Shown here: in pieces, positions 35,754 to 44,982 of the stretch | Numbering within the stretch: position 1 is the stretch's first letter | How the letters are laid out: every line of letters begins with the position of its first letter | Virus record (IMG/VR): IMGVR_UViG_3300028392_000029 | Span: 1-64,000 of that record | DNA length: 64,000 nt | Reading direction: 5' to 3' (one strand) | Translations under genes and position numbers: made by a program | The notes under the pieces: model-generated | Told to the model about the DNA's origin: nothing | The model's input: only the letters and a program-made list of their open reading frames with translations | The model's database searches: none

Positions 35754-36377
35754 TTAAGAACCTAAAGCGTTTGTACCGCGTACTTGCGTGAATCCTGGAG
35801 TACCCAAACCTGCAGTAGCACCTGTCTGAACAGCATTATCATACTGGATAGTCAAGTCGATCATCACGGGAGTTTGATCTGAATACTTGATGTCATTCCA
35901 GTTGGTCTTTTGCAAGTAGCAACCGTATAGTTCCCATGTTTCTAATACATTAGGAGTTTCTGCGCCGTTGCCGCCGTCTAGCATTTCAATGCGTAGTGTA
36001 AATTTGTAGTCACCTGCAGATGCCGCTGAAGCCTGCTCAAAGAAGTCAAACTGTCTTTGATTTTGTTCACCGATCAACTTGCTGACATTACCAAGTACAT
36101 CGTCACGTAACTTAATAGTGATTGGACTCCACTTGGTTTTACCTGCATAGTAAATTCTGCTGTTGTAGACATCAATAGTTTGATTTTCAAACTCAACACT
36201 TGGTCGAGCCGCTTCTGCAACTTGTTTAGTCATCTCTGTTGTGCTACCACTTACACCAAAGTTTTCAAAGTTTAATCTAAAACGATACTTCAACTTAGGC
36301 ATTAACTGGCCTTGTGAAGCGGCGCTCTGATCAGACGCTAATGGTACTGTAAATCTTGATAAGGCTGCGATTGACAT
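35754..36377 (-). CDS. tail tube protein (gp19-like)
   Basis: PKLKYRFR, YYAGK..W, WELYGC, LTIQYD; follows sheath. Confidence 0.88.
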   Translation of the reverse strand: MSIAALSRFTVPLASDQSAASQGQLMPKLKYRFRLNFENFGVSGSTTEMTKQVAEAARPSVEFENQTIDVYNSRIYYAGKTKWSPITIKLRDDVLGNVSKLIGEQNQRQFDFFEQASAASAGDYKFTLRIEMLDGGNGAETPNVLETWELYGCYLQKTNWNDIKYSDQTPVMIDLTIQYDNAVQTGATAGLGTPGFTQVRGTNALGS

Positions 36378-36391
36378 TTAATATCTCCTAA

Positions 36392-39300
36392 TTATTTTCC
36401 AAGGCCTTTGACTCCACCAGTGTTCTCTAAGCGCAATGGAATGTAAATAAATTCTACTGCCTTAACTGGTTCGATCGCTATATCTAGATATAGCTCGTTG
36501 CGATCAATTCTAGCTGGTGTATTGTTTGAAGTATCGCATACTACGATAAAGTCATACAACGCACGTTGACCTACTAATTCTAACATTAATGCTTCTGCTG
36601 CCTGTTTGATTTCATTACGTGTAATAGTATCATTCGGCTCAAACACATATGGCTTAGCTAGTTGTGCTAGTTGTCTACGTAGATACACTACCAAACGTGC
36701 CACGTTGATACGATCTAACGAACTTGCTACAAGTTGACGTGTTTTCTGTCCGTAGCATACTAGTCCTGTGCCACCAATGTATGTTAATGGATTAACATGG
36801 ATGCTGGCTAAGGTATCACGCTGGCCGATGTTTAATGCTGTTGCATTGAATTCACCAGTCATTGGATCAACATAACCTACTGAACTGGCATTGGTAATTC
36901 CACCGCGACGTACACCAGCTGGTGCAAACCATGGATAACTAACGTTGTCACTTAGGGCGATTGTACGCAACATGATATGGCTTGGTGGAACAACAATGTT
37001 ATTACCAATCAAGTCAACTGTGTAACCCCATGGATAGTACACACCCAAATACGCATTGGTTGTAATCAATCCTTGATCACCGTCTTGCACAGCTGAGCTA
37101 ACATTGTTACCCCAGTTGCTCAATGTAGTAGCATCTGGTGTTAAACGTGCAGGTGTATCACCTACAATAAATGCTGTTTCACCGCGATCAGTATTCAATC
37201 CAACTAGTAAAGACAGCATTTCTGGGTAACCAGGGCATGCCATTAAGTTGAATATTCTGCTGTCTGTATCACGGATCTGTTGGTTCTCTTGGATAGTTGC
37301 ACCGAGAGCTTGTAGTACAACTTGACGTTGTGCTTTGCGACCAAATGTACCAGCACCATTAACTTGGTTAGCGGCATCAGTTAACCAACGATGTGGATAG
37401 TATGTATTCATCAAACCGTTGCTTTGGCGTATGTTACGTCCAGTAGTGTCAATATAGTTCTTTGCAAATTTCAATACATTATTACCTGAACGACGTAGAT
37501 TCCATAGTAACATACCTTTTGGATATAGTGCAGGATCTGGTGCATCTGGGTCTAAGAAATTGCTCGATAGCAAACTAGCAATGCTAGAAGCAGTTGCGCT
37601 AGTACCGCCAATGCTCCAACGTGCATCGTGGAATAACACACCGTTTTCTGTAGTTTGGTCAGTATTGTCTAACAGCACCCATTTCTTGGTCAAGTAGTTA
37701 AACTTGTAGATCATTGGATAGTTTTCAGTATCGCTAGGATCAATCCATAGATCACCGTTGGCTAATGGTGTGCCATCGCTTTGTACTGTTGGTTGTGTGG
37801 CTGTTACTAACGGGCCTGCTGGGTCAGTAGCTGTGCTCACAGCACCTAATGTTTGATTGTAATTTAGATAGCCTTTCCATCCTGTGCCGTCATTGACCAT
37901 AATGTCAATGTCGTCAAGGTAGCTGTTAAACCACAATGTACCATCTAGTGGTATTGTTGTTGGCGGTGTGTCACTTGCCACAGCAAATGCACTACCGTTA
38001 ACTGTTGGGGTCCACAAGCTGGCAACATAATTCTTAGCTGTACCTGCTGGATTTGTATAGAAGTTAGAAGTAACACCTACGCTAAACAACTTGCTTACTG
38101 GGTCAGCTGTTACGTCTACTAGTCGAATGTCTCCGCCTTTAGTATGAGTAATAGTTAATTGGCCAGCGGCAGTAGTTGATGCAACAATATTAGCAAACGG
38201 ATTGCTGTTGGCGTCAACTGCATTGTTAATTGCACTAGCAATTAAAGCAAGATCGCTTGCGGCACTAGTAGCAGTAAATGTTATAGTGATAGCAGTACCT
38301 AAAGTTCCGCTTCCGACTAAACTTTCTTGCAAAGTAAAAGAGTTACTGCCTGCGGTAAATGTACCAGTACTTACTGGTACTGATGTAATGCTGGTAGGGC
38401 CAACGCCACTACGACCGTAGATTTTAAAGTTTGCATTAGTAGGACTGCCTTCATCATCGTTGTATTTTACATAAGTTGCACCAATCGCTAGATTTAATCC
38501 ACCGCCTGTTGCATCTAATCCTGCTAGGGCACTTTGGCCGTTAGCATACAATTTAACTTTTTGCTGAATCCATGAGCTTGTTGCTGAGTTATACTTCTTG
38601 ATAAACCAGTCAGCACCATTATTAACTGCGGTAGTCTTGATCCAAATTGAACCAGTTGGGCGACCGTTAACTACAGCAACATCGTCAGTGGCACGCCATA
38701 GCGGCACTGAATAGTGTGGAGAAGCTGTAACTGCCGGAGCCTTATATGTTCCAGATACGAGTCCAACTTTAGCAACTGTTGTTCCAGAAATAACAACGTC
38801 AACACCGGTTGAATATAAGTTTAGATAACCGTTGATTACTGCGGCTTTAACACCAGTTACGTTACTACCAACTGCTGTAACAAAAGTAGCTAATGATGTT
38901 GCGCCTGTAACAGCATAACCATTAATAGTCATTGTATCGCCAACTAACAGTGTTGGGCTTGCTGTAGTACCAGTAGCTGTAGGCCAGCTAGCGGCCCATG
39001 CAGATGAACCAACTGCTACCCAAGTTCCTGCGGCTGTATCTGTTTGATATTTTTTCATCCACAGCTTGTGCAATGTAGTTGTAGAAACTATTGCATAAGC
39101 ACCAATAGATCCATAACTGGCTATTGGAGCTCCAGTCACACTAACAACTTTAGTGCTGTCAGTAATTACTGTAAGACTGCCGTCGGCTTGTTGATCTGAA
39201 AATGTTTGCCCGTCTGTGACTGTAGCAGGTGCTGAGTTCCATTCAAATACACCGAACATTGAATCTGCTGTATCAAACCAGAATGTTCCATCTTCTGGAT

Positions 39301-39688
39301 CACCTACTGGAGCTGATGTTTTGCCTTCTAGTTGTGCCACATCCAAATCTGCACGTACTACATAAGCACGATTGCTCACACCTAAGAAACTGTAGGCAGC
39401 TTCTAGGCCGTATTCATTCTGTTCTCCAGCATGAATTGGGTTATTGTTTGCATCAGTATAAAATTTCGGAACACCAAAGGTGCTCGATAAATCCATCTGA
39501 CTTGTTAGTAAATAAACTTTACCAGCATTTGCTTTTAATGTGCCCGGGGCAATACCTGTGTTTGCACCGTTCATTTTGCTTTCAGCTGATGCAACGATTA
39601 TTAGTGGTACGGTACCTGGGGCTGCGGGTGTATAGAATGATTCATCTATAACTGTTACGCTTACGCCTGGTGAACTTAGTTGAGCCAT
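36392..39688 (-). CDS. contractile tail sheath protein (gp18-like) with large insertion
   Basis: LSSPGVSV start; PWFAPAG.RRG, RINVARL, FEPND, PVKAVEFI. Confidence 0.92.
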   Translation of the reverse strand: MAQLSSPGVSVTVIDESFYTPAAPGTVPLIIVASAESKMNGANTGIAPGTLKANAGKVYLLTSQMDLSSTFGVPKFYTDANNNPIHAGEQNEYGLEAAYSFLGVSNRAYVVRADLDVAQLEGKTSAPVGDPEDGTFWFDTADSMFGVFEWNSAPATVTDGQTFSDQQADGSLTVITDSTKVVSVTGAPIASYGSIGAYAIVSTTTLHKLWMKKYQTDTAAGTWVAVGSSAWAASWPTATGTTASPTLLVGDTMTINGYAVTGATSLATFVTAVGSNVTGVKAAVINGYLNLYSTGVDVVISGTTVAKVGLVSGTYKAPAVTASPHYSVPLWRATDDVAVVNGRPTGSIWIKTTAVNNGADWFIKKYNSATSSWIQQKVKLYANGQSALAGLDATGGGLNLAIGATYVKYNDDEGSPTNANFKIYGRSGVGPTSITSVPVSTGTFTAGSNSFTLQESLVGSGTLGTAITITFTATSAASDLALIASAINNAVDANSNPFANIVASTTAAGQLTITHTKGGDIRLVDVTADPVSKLFSVGVTSNFYTNPAGTAKNYVASLWTPTVNGSAFAVASDTPPTTIPLDGTLWFNSYLDDIDIMVNDGTGWKGYLNYNQTLGAVSTATDPAGPLVTATQPTVQSDGTPLANGDLWIDPSDTENYPMIYKFNYLTKKWVLLDNTDQTTENGVLFHDARWSIGGTSATASSIASLLSSNFLDPDAPDPALYPKGMLLWNLRRSGNNVLKFAKNYIDTTGRNIRQSNGLMNTYYPHRWLTDAANQVNGAGTFGRKAQRQVVLQALGATIQENQQIRDTDSRIFNLMACPGYPEMLSLLVGLNTDRGETAFIVGDTPARLTPDATTLSNWGNNVSSAVQDGDQGLITTNAYLGVYYPWGYTVDLIGNNIVVPPSHIMLRTIALSDNVSYPWFAPAGVRRGGITNASSVGYVDPMTGEFNATALNIGQRDTLASIHVNPLTYIGGTGLVCYGQKTRQLVASSLDRINVARLVVYLRRQLAQLAKPYVFEPNDTITRNEIKQAAEALMLELVGQRALYDFIVVCDTSNNTPARIDRNELYLDIAIEPVKAVEFIYIPLRLENTGGVKGLGK

Positions 39689-39794
39689 ATTTTTATCTCC
39701 AATGAGTACATGTTCTTGTATGTATTTAGTGGTTTTGGATAATTTGTGGCTATAATAGCCTATCAAAAAGGTTCTAAAAAGGCTTAAATATAAT

Positions 39795-40121
39795 ATGAGA
39801 CCTTTATGTTCTTGCGGAAGAGCACCTGTTGCTATAAACTACTATAAAAATAAAAAAGCATTCTATCGAAGCCAGTGCGGGTCGTGTAGCCGCGGTGTAA
39901 AACTACCAAGGTGGTACTCTAGCGGATATCGTCCTAAATCCGCTTGCGATAAATGTGGATTTAAATCGCCTCACACTGAAGTATTCTCAGTGTTTCATGT
40001 AGACGGTGATTTAAATAATTGTAGACTGACTAATTTAAAAACAGTGTGTTCTAACTGTGCTCGTGTTCTACATAAGGAAGGGATTCGCTGGCGGCAAGGG
40101 GATCTTGTACCAGACCTTTAA
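39795..40121 (+). CDS. small Zn-binding HNH-like protein
   Basis: CDKCGF, HVDGDLNN, NLKTVCSNC. Confidence 0.7.
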   Translation: MRPLCSCGRAPVAINYYKNKKAFYRSQCGSCSRGVKLPRWYSSGYRPKSACDKCGFKSPHTEVFSVFHVDGDLNNCRLTNLKTVCSNCARVLHKEGIRWRQGDLVPDL

Positions 40122-40731
40122 CCTGTGCAAACAAGTCGTCAATAGTAGTATTATTGTCCATGATTGCATCAAACTTTGTGCCGACCCAAGCGGTTTCGCT
40201 TGCATGGATGCCTAGCTTTTTGATACGTTCTTTAGCTATGGCATAGTTCATACAGCGATCGCCGGCATTCATATCTGCGGCATCTTGATACCAATCAGGT
40301 TCAGGCCCGCGGACAACACGAACTACAATGCCGCCTGCATCTTTAATTGATTTAATTTCATTAGGAAACCGGCAGTCACTAATAACAATGTCGTCTGTGC
40401 TATTACGTAGTTTATTTTCTAAGCTGGCGATCCAAATGTCATCGTGGAATGCCTTGCGACATACCTCTGTACCCCAATATTGCAGGACCCAGCGTGGAGT
40501 AAGATTAGGCATGTTCAAGCGTTCTGCCCACCACGGATCTACTTGTTCGCGCCATGCACGAGCCTGTGTAGTGCGACCCTCTAGCATGGTTCGATCCCAA
40601 CCGAACACGTGAGCCACCGCATCTTTAAGGGAATTTGCAAAACTTTCTCGACGAAATCCGTGAAAGTTAACGAGATAATCAGCAATAGTATCTTTGCCTG
40701 AACCAATAAAACCGCACACACCAATAATCAT
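40051..40731 (-). CDS. deoxynucleoside monophosphate kinase (gp1-like)
   Basis: GFIGSGKDT, FANSLKD, TPRWVLQYWGTE, SDCRFPNE, HASE. Confidence 0.9.
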   Translation of the reverse strand: MIIGVCGFIGSGKDTIADYLVNFHGFRRESFANSLKDAVAHVFGWDRTMLEGRTTQARAWREQVDPWWAERLNMPNLTPRWVLQYWGTEVCRKAFHDDIWIASLENKLRNSTDDIVISDCRFPNEIKSIKDAGGIVVRVVRGPEPDWYQDAADMNAGDRCMNYAIAKERIKKLGIHASETAWVGTKFDAIMDNNTTIDDLFAQVKGLVQDPLAASESLPYVEHEHS

Positions 40732-40752
40732 AGAGCCCCCTAAGTTAGCTCT

Positions 40753-40781
40753 AGTATATAACAGTTTTATTACAAGGTCAA
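40753..40781 (-). promoter_or_regulatory. sigma70-type promoter for dNMP kinase
   Basis: TTGACC-N17-TATACT. Confidence 0.7.
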
Positions 40782-40788
40782 ATTATTT

Positions 40789-41577
40789 TTAACCGATTAC
40801 AAAATAATAGCCTGTACCGCCGGCTGTTAAATCGATAATTTCTTTATCAAGTGCCGCCATTTCTTCTTTAGCTTCAGAAATTAGAGCTGTACCGTTTAGT
40901 GTAATTGGTGATCCCGGGCCGGCGATCGACCCAAATTTAGAGCGTGCTTGCCCTAGAATTTGTTTGCATACTGCAAGTGAATAATTTCTTAACCACTGTT
41001 TAGCATAGGTATCTTGTAGTAGTACCCAATCTGGGCGATAATTATAACTCTGTATCAATATTTGCTCGCCTTGGGCAAACGGTCGCTGTAGCACATTTAA
41101 AATGTGAGTGGTAGGTTTCCAACTAAATTCTATATAGCTACCAAACATTTTACCTACTAGTTTTTGATACCCAGCAAACATGTCGTAGGTTGCTAGGCCA
41201 CCCATCATACTGCCTGACATCATGTAGGTGTTTGTGTAGGCTAAGTTAAACGGCTCAAATAACGTGCCGCCTGCACCCATACCAGTTCTTGAGCCAATAG
41301 CTCTACGAAACACTTGACGCACTGTGATAATTTCATCAGGTAATCTGTATTCATTTTGGTCCTGTATAAGTTCTAAAAAGCTGTAACTTTCTTCCACAGC
41401 ATTGCTACTACGCTGACGATAATGCGTAAGAGCTCGATCTAGTGCTAGTTCGTAGTGCGCAGGATCTAACTCAATATCAACCATGCCGTCGCCTAGCATT
41501 AGTTTAATAAACTCGAATACTTTATTACGCTCTATAGTAGAGTTGCTTTGGGTAGTTGATGGTAGGGAATCTGACAT
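40789..41577 (-). CDS. neck protein (gp13-like)
   Basis: LGDGMVDIEL, WLRNYSLA..K..LGQARSKF, LNG. Confidence 0.8.
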   Translation of the reverse strand: MSDSLPSTTQSNSTIERNKVFEFIKLMLGDGMVDIELDPAHYELALDRALTHYRQRSSNAVEESYSFLELIQDQNEYRLPDEIITVRQVFRRAIGSRTGMGAGGTLFEPFNLAYTNTYMMSGSMMGGLATYDMFAGYQKLVGKMFGSYIEFSWKPTTHILNVLQRPFAQGEQILIQSYNYRPDWVLLQDTYAKQWLRNYSLAVCKQILGQARSKFGSIAGPGSPITLNGTALISEAKEEMAALDKEIIDLTAGGTGYYFVIG

Positions 41578-41621
41578 TTTTTGTTCTCCTAGTATATTTA
41601 GCTATCGATAAATATGTTACT

Positions 41622-43055
41622 ATGCCAAGACTATCTCTCTATAAACCAGAAAAAGGTAACGACTATAAATTTATAGATCGTACAGCTTCAGAAATGTTCC
41701 AGGCTGGCGGAACAGATGTATATTTGCACAAATATCTAGGGCCTACGATTAAAACTTCGGGCACTGCGGATCAGCCGGTTTATGGCGCACTAAGTCCTAC
41801 TAATATACAAGACCTATTATTTTTAGAAAATCGTGATAGAAAATACGATACAGAGATTTATCGATTACGCGGTATGTATAATGTTGCAAATATTGACTTC
41901 AATCTAAGCCAATTTGGGTTATTCATTGATAATGATACCATATATATGACTGTACATATTAACGATATCATCAATACTATTGGTAGAAAACCAATAAGTG
42001 GGGACGTTTTTGAACTGCCGCATTTGCGTGATGACTTTGCTCTTAATGATTTTGATATAAGTCTGCCTCGATACTATGTTATTGAAGATGTGGGCCGGGC
42101 TAGTGAAGGATTCTCAGTAACTTGGTTTCCACATTTATATAGATTAAAATGTAAAAAAGTAGTAGACAGTCAACAGTTTGCTGATATACTAAGCAAGCCG
42201 GCTCTTGATGCCAATGGCGATCCGATGGCAAACACTAGTTTGCGAGATTTAATTAGTACACATAATAAAGAATTGCAAATTAATGATAGTGTTGTTGCGC
42301 AAGCAGAAGCCGATGCTCCTAAAAGTGGATACGAATCTAGACAATTTTGGACCATGGCTGTTGATCCTCAAGGTAAGCCAGTTATACAGACTGCCGACGA
42401 AACAACAATCGATGCCAGTACTAGTAGTATTCTTGCAAGTGATGTTAACGGAGTTCCTGTTAGAGCTGGCTATAGCGGATATCTACTAGGAGACGGTTAT
42501 CCTGTCAACGGGCACGAATTTGGTCACGGTATACAATTTCCAAGTGCTCCGGCACAAAATGATTTTTTCCTGCGTACAGATTTTATGCCAAACAGATTAT
42601 TCCGATTTGATAACTCAAAGTGGCTCATGGTTGAAGATGCTGTTAGAATGAATATGACTAACAATGATACCAGAAGCACATTAAAAACTGGATTCATTAA
42701 TAATACATATTATACCTACAATGAAGAAGTTGGATCTGATATTATAACACTTGCTAGTGGAGATACTGTTATCAATACTGAAATTAATTATATTACTTCA
42801 TCGTATATTGTACTAAAACAAGCGCCGACATTAATTGCATACACTGTTGCTGATTATCCAAGTATGATTAGTTCGTATAATTATACAAGCCCGATAGGTG
42901 TAATGTCAGCCAAGGTTAGAATAACATTACCTGTGGTAAATGGTGTGCAACAAACTGTTCCAGTCGGCGGTGTATGGACTATTAGTTTGTACAACTATAG
43001 GGAATCACAACGACAGAGTTTATCAGAGGCTCTTAAACCAAAGGCGGATTTCTAA
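41622..43055 (+). CDS. neck protein (gp14-like) with C-terminal extension
   Basis: DLLFLENRDR, LSQFGLF, GDVFELPH; lies between gp13 and gp15. Confidence 0.7.
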   Translation: MPRLSLYKPEKGNDYKFIDRTASEMFQAGGTDVYLHKYLGPTIKTSGTADQPVYGALSPTNIQDLLFLENRDRKYDTEIYRLRGMYNVANIDFNLSQFGLFIDNDTIYMTVHINDIINTIGRKPISGDVFELPHLRDDFALNDFDISLPRYYVIEDVGRASEGFSVTWFPHLYRLKCKKVVDSQQFADILSKPALDANGDPMANTSLRDLISTHNKELQINDSVVAQAEADAPKSGYESRQFWTMAVDPQGKPVIQTADETTIDASTSSILASDVNGVPVRAGYSGYLLGDGYPVNGHEFGHGIQFPSAPAQNDFFLRTDFMPNRLFRFDNSKWLMVEDAVRMNMTNNDTRSTLKTGFINNTYYTYNEEVGSDIITLASGDTVINTEINYITSSYIVLKQAPTLIAYTVADYPSMISSYNYTSPIGVMSAKVRITLPVVNGVQQTVPVGGVWTISLYNYRESQRQSLSEALKPKADF

Positions 43056-44551
43056 TGCAGTTTTTCTATGACGGTCAAATAAGACGATATATTACTCAAG
43101 TTGTACGAGTATTCAGTAACTTTGTAGTTAGATACGGCGACGGAACTTTGGTTAGAATCCCTGTAATGTATGGTGATGCTGATCGACAAGTAGCTAGTAT
43201 CATTCGAAATAACAGTGAAAATAAAATTAATAGTGTTCCACGAATTTCAGTATATGTTACTGCACTGGCATTAGATAGAGAAAGATTAAGTGACAGTACA
43301 TATATTGGAAAAGTGAATGTTAGAGAAAGAGGTATCGACCCAACCACTGGCGAGTATAATCAAACCTCGGGAAGGAATTACACAGTTGAACGGATAATGC
43401 CTACTCCGTTTAAGTTGACCTTAAAGGTTGATATTTGGAGTTCTAATACCGAACAGAAGTTACAAATTTTAGAACAAGTTCTTGTACTGTTCAATCCCAG
43501 CTTAGAGCTACAGACCACTGATAATTTTATAGACTGGACTAGTCTAACTGTTTTAAATCTAAATGACATCGCTTGGTCTAGCAGAACAGTACCAGTCGGC
43601 GTTGATACTCCTATAGAAATTGGTACACTTACGTTAGAAACTCCTATCTGGATCAGTCCGCCTGCTAAGGTCAAACACTTAGGTGTTATTACAAAAATTA
43701 TTACTAGTATGTACGCCGGAGCATCTACAAGTGACACCGGGTATATCGATGGACTAGGTGCTGATCTTGCAGATCCCACAACGACTATGTCGGATAATCT
43801 GCTTACTAGAGATGCAACCACTGTTACTGATTATCGAATACAGGTATACAACAGTAAAGCCTATCTAATGACCCATTCAGAAAGTTCAAGTCCTCGGGAG
43901 CCTACATTAGATATCCCAATAAGATTAGGCCCTCCGATCAATTGGGTTGATATTTTTAATCTATATCCGGGGCAGTATACTGCTGGTGCCAGCACACTAT
44001 ATTTGATGCAACCTAACGGCACTGAAGTCAAAGGTACAATTGCAGTAGATCCATTAGATAATTCCATACTTCAGGTTAACTGGAACACAGACACCCTGGT
44101 CAGCAATACCGGTATTGATAGTAGTGGTTATTTAGATTCAGATGTAGCATACAACGCCGCAGGTAGTTACAGGGCAAGAAGTCCTGGTACTATCGATGCT
44201 ATTATAAATCCTCTAACTTTTAATCCAAAAAGACCTACAGGCACTGAAGAAAATGATCAAGCAGTAGCTGCCGGTATGCGATTTTTAATTATAGAAGATA
44301 TCGGCGATCCCCAGTCAATTACAGATGGCAACTATGCTAGTGCATGGGGACCATTAGTGGCTAAAACTAATGACATAGTTGAATACACTGGCACTGCATG
44401 GCATGTTATATTTCACAGTGCTCAAGAAACTACTACTATGATCTGGCAAACGAATATATACACAGGAGTTCAATACCTATGGAACGGAGTTCAATGGGTT
44501 AAGAGCTTTGAAGGTGACTATAAGCCAGGATCATGGAGAATCGAACTATAA
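43055..44551 (+). CDS. tail sheath stabiliser/terminator (gp15-like) with extension
   Basis: FFYDGQIRRY, PVMYG, PTPF.L, QILEQ...FNP. Confidence 0.8.
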   Translation: MQFFYDGQIRRYITQVVRVFSNFVVRYGDGTLVRIPVMYGDADRQVASIIRNNSENKINSVPRISVYVTALALDRERLSDSTYIGKVNVRERGIDPTTGEYNQTSGRNYTVERIMPTPFKLTLKVDIWSSNTEQKLQILEQVLVLFNPSLELQTTDNFIDWTSLTVLNLNDIAWSSRTVPVGVDTPIEIGTLTLETPIWISPPAKVKHLGVITKIITSMYAGASTSDTGYIDGLGADLADPTTTMSDNLLTRDATTVTDYRIQVYNSKAYLMTHSESSSPREPTLDIPIRLGPPINWVDIFNLYPGQYTAGASTLYLMQPNGTEVKGTIAVDPLDNSILQVNWNTDTLVSNTGIDSSGYLDSDVAYNAAGSYRARSPGTIDAIINPLTFNPKRPTGTEENDQAVAAGMRFLIIEDIGDPQSITDGNYASAWGPLVAKTNDIVEYTGTAWHVIFHSAQETTTMIWQTNIYTGVQYLWNGVQWVKSFEGDYKPGSWRIEL

Positions 44552-44982
44552 AAGAACAGATTGTATGTAGCGGAGCATTGCTATACGCTAAATCAACACG
44601 ACGTTTTTTATTGTTACAGAAAGCACATGGTAAACACGCTGGCACATGGGGCTTAGTAGGTGGTACTACTATCAGCGGTGAAACTCCTTGGCAGGGATTA
44701 CAGCGTGAAATCACTGAAGAAATAGGAGCCATACCTCCTATTATAAAAACAATCCCATTAGAAACATTTGTCAGCAACGACAACGTGTTTAACTTTCACA
44801 CATATCTCTGTGTGATTGAAGATGAATTTATTCCTGTACTAAGCGACGAGCATAGTGCGTGGGCATGGGCTGTAATAGACCATGCACCAAAACCCTTGCA
44901 CCAAGGCCTGAGGAATAGTTTTTCAAACAAGACCATTCGTACCAAGCTACAAACGGTCTTTGATTTGATCGCTTTGATTTAA
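44533..44982 (+). CDS. NUDIX hydrolase
   Basis: Nudix box GG..ISGETPWQGLQREITEEIG. Confidence 0.85.
   Translation: MENRTIKEQIVCSGALLYAKSTRRFLLLQKAHGKHAGTWGLVGGTTISGETPWQGLQREITEEIGAIPPIIKTIPLETFVSNDNVFNFHTYLCVIEDEFIPVLSDEHSAWAWAVIDHAPKPLHQGLRNSFSNKTIRTKLQTVFDLIALI

Noticed and set aside
39795-40121. Mobile homing endonuclease
   Set aside because: Very short, does not interrupt a gene and lacks a separate DNA-binding domain; kept only as an HNH-like protein.
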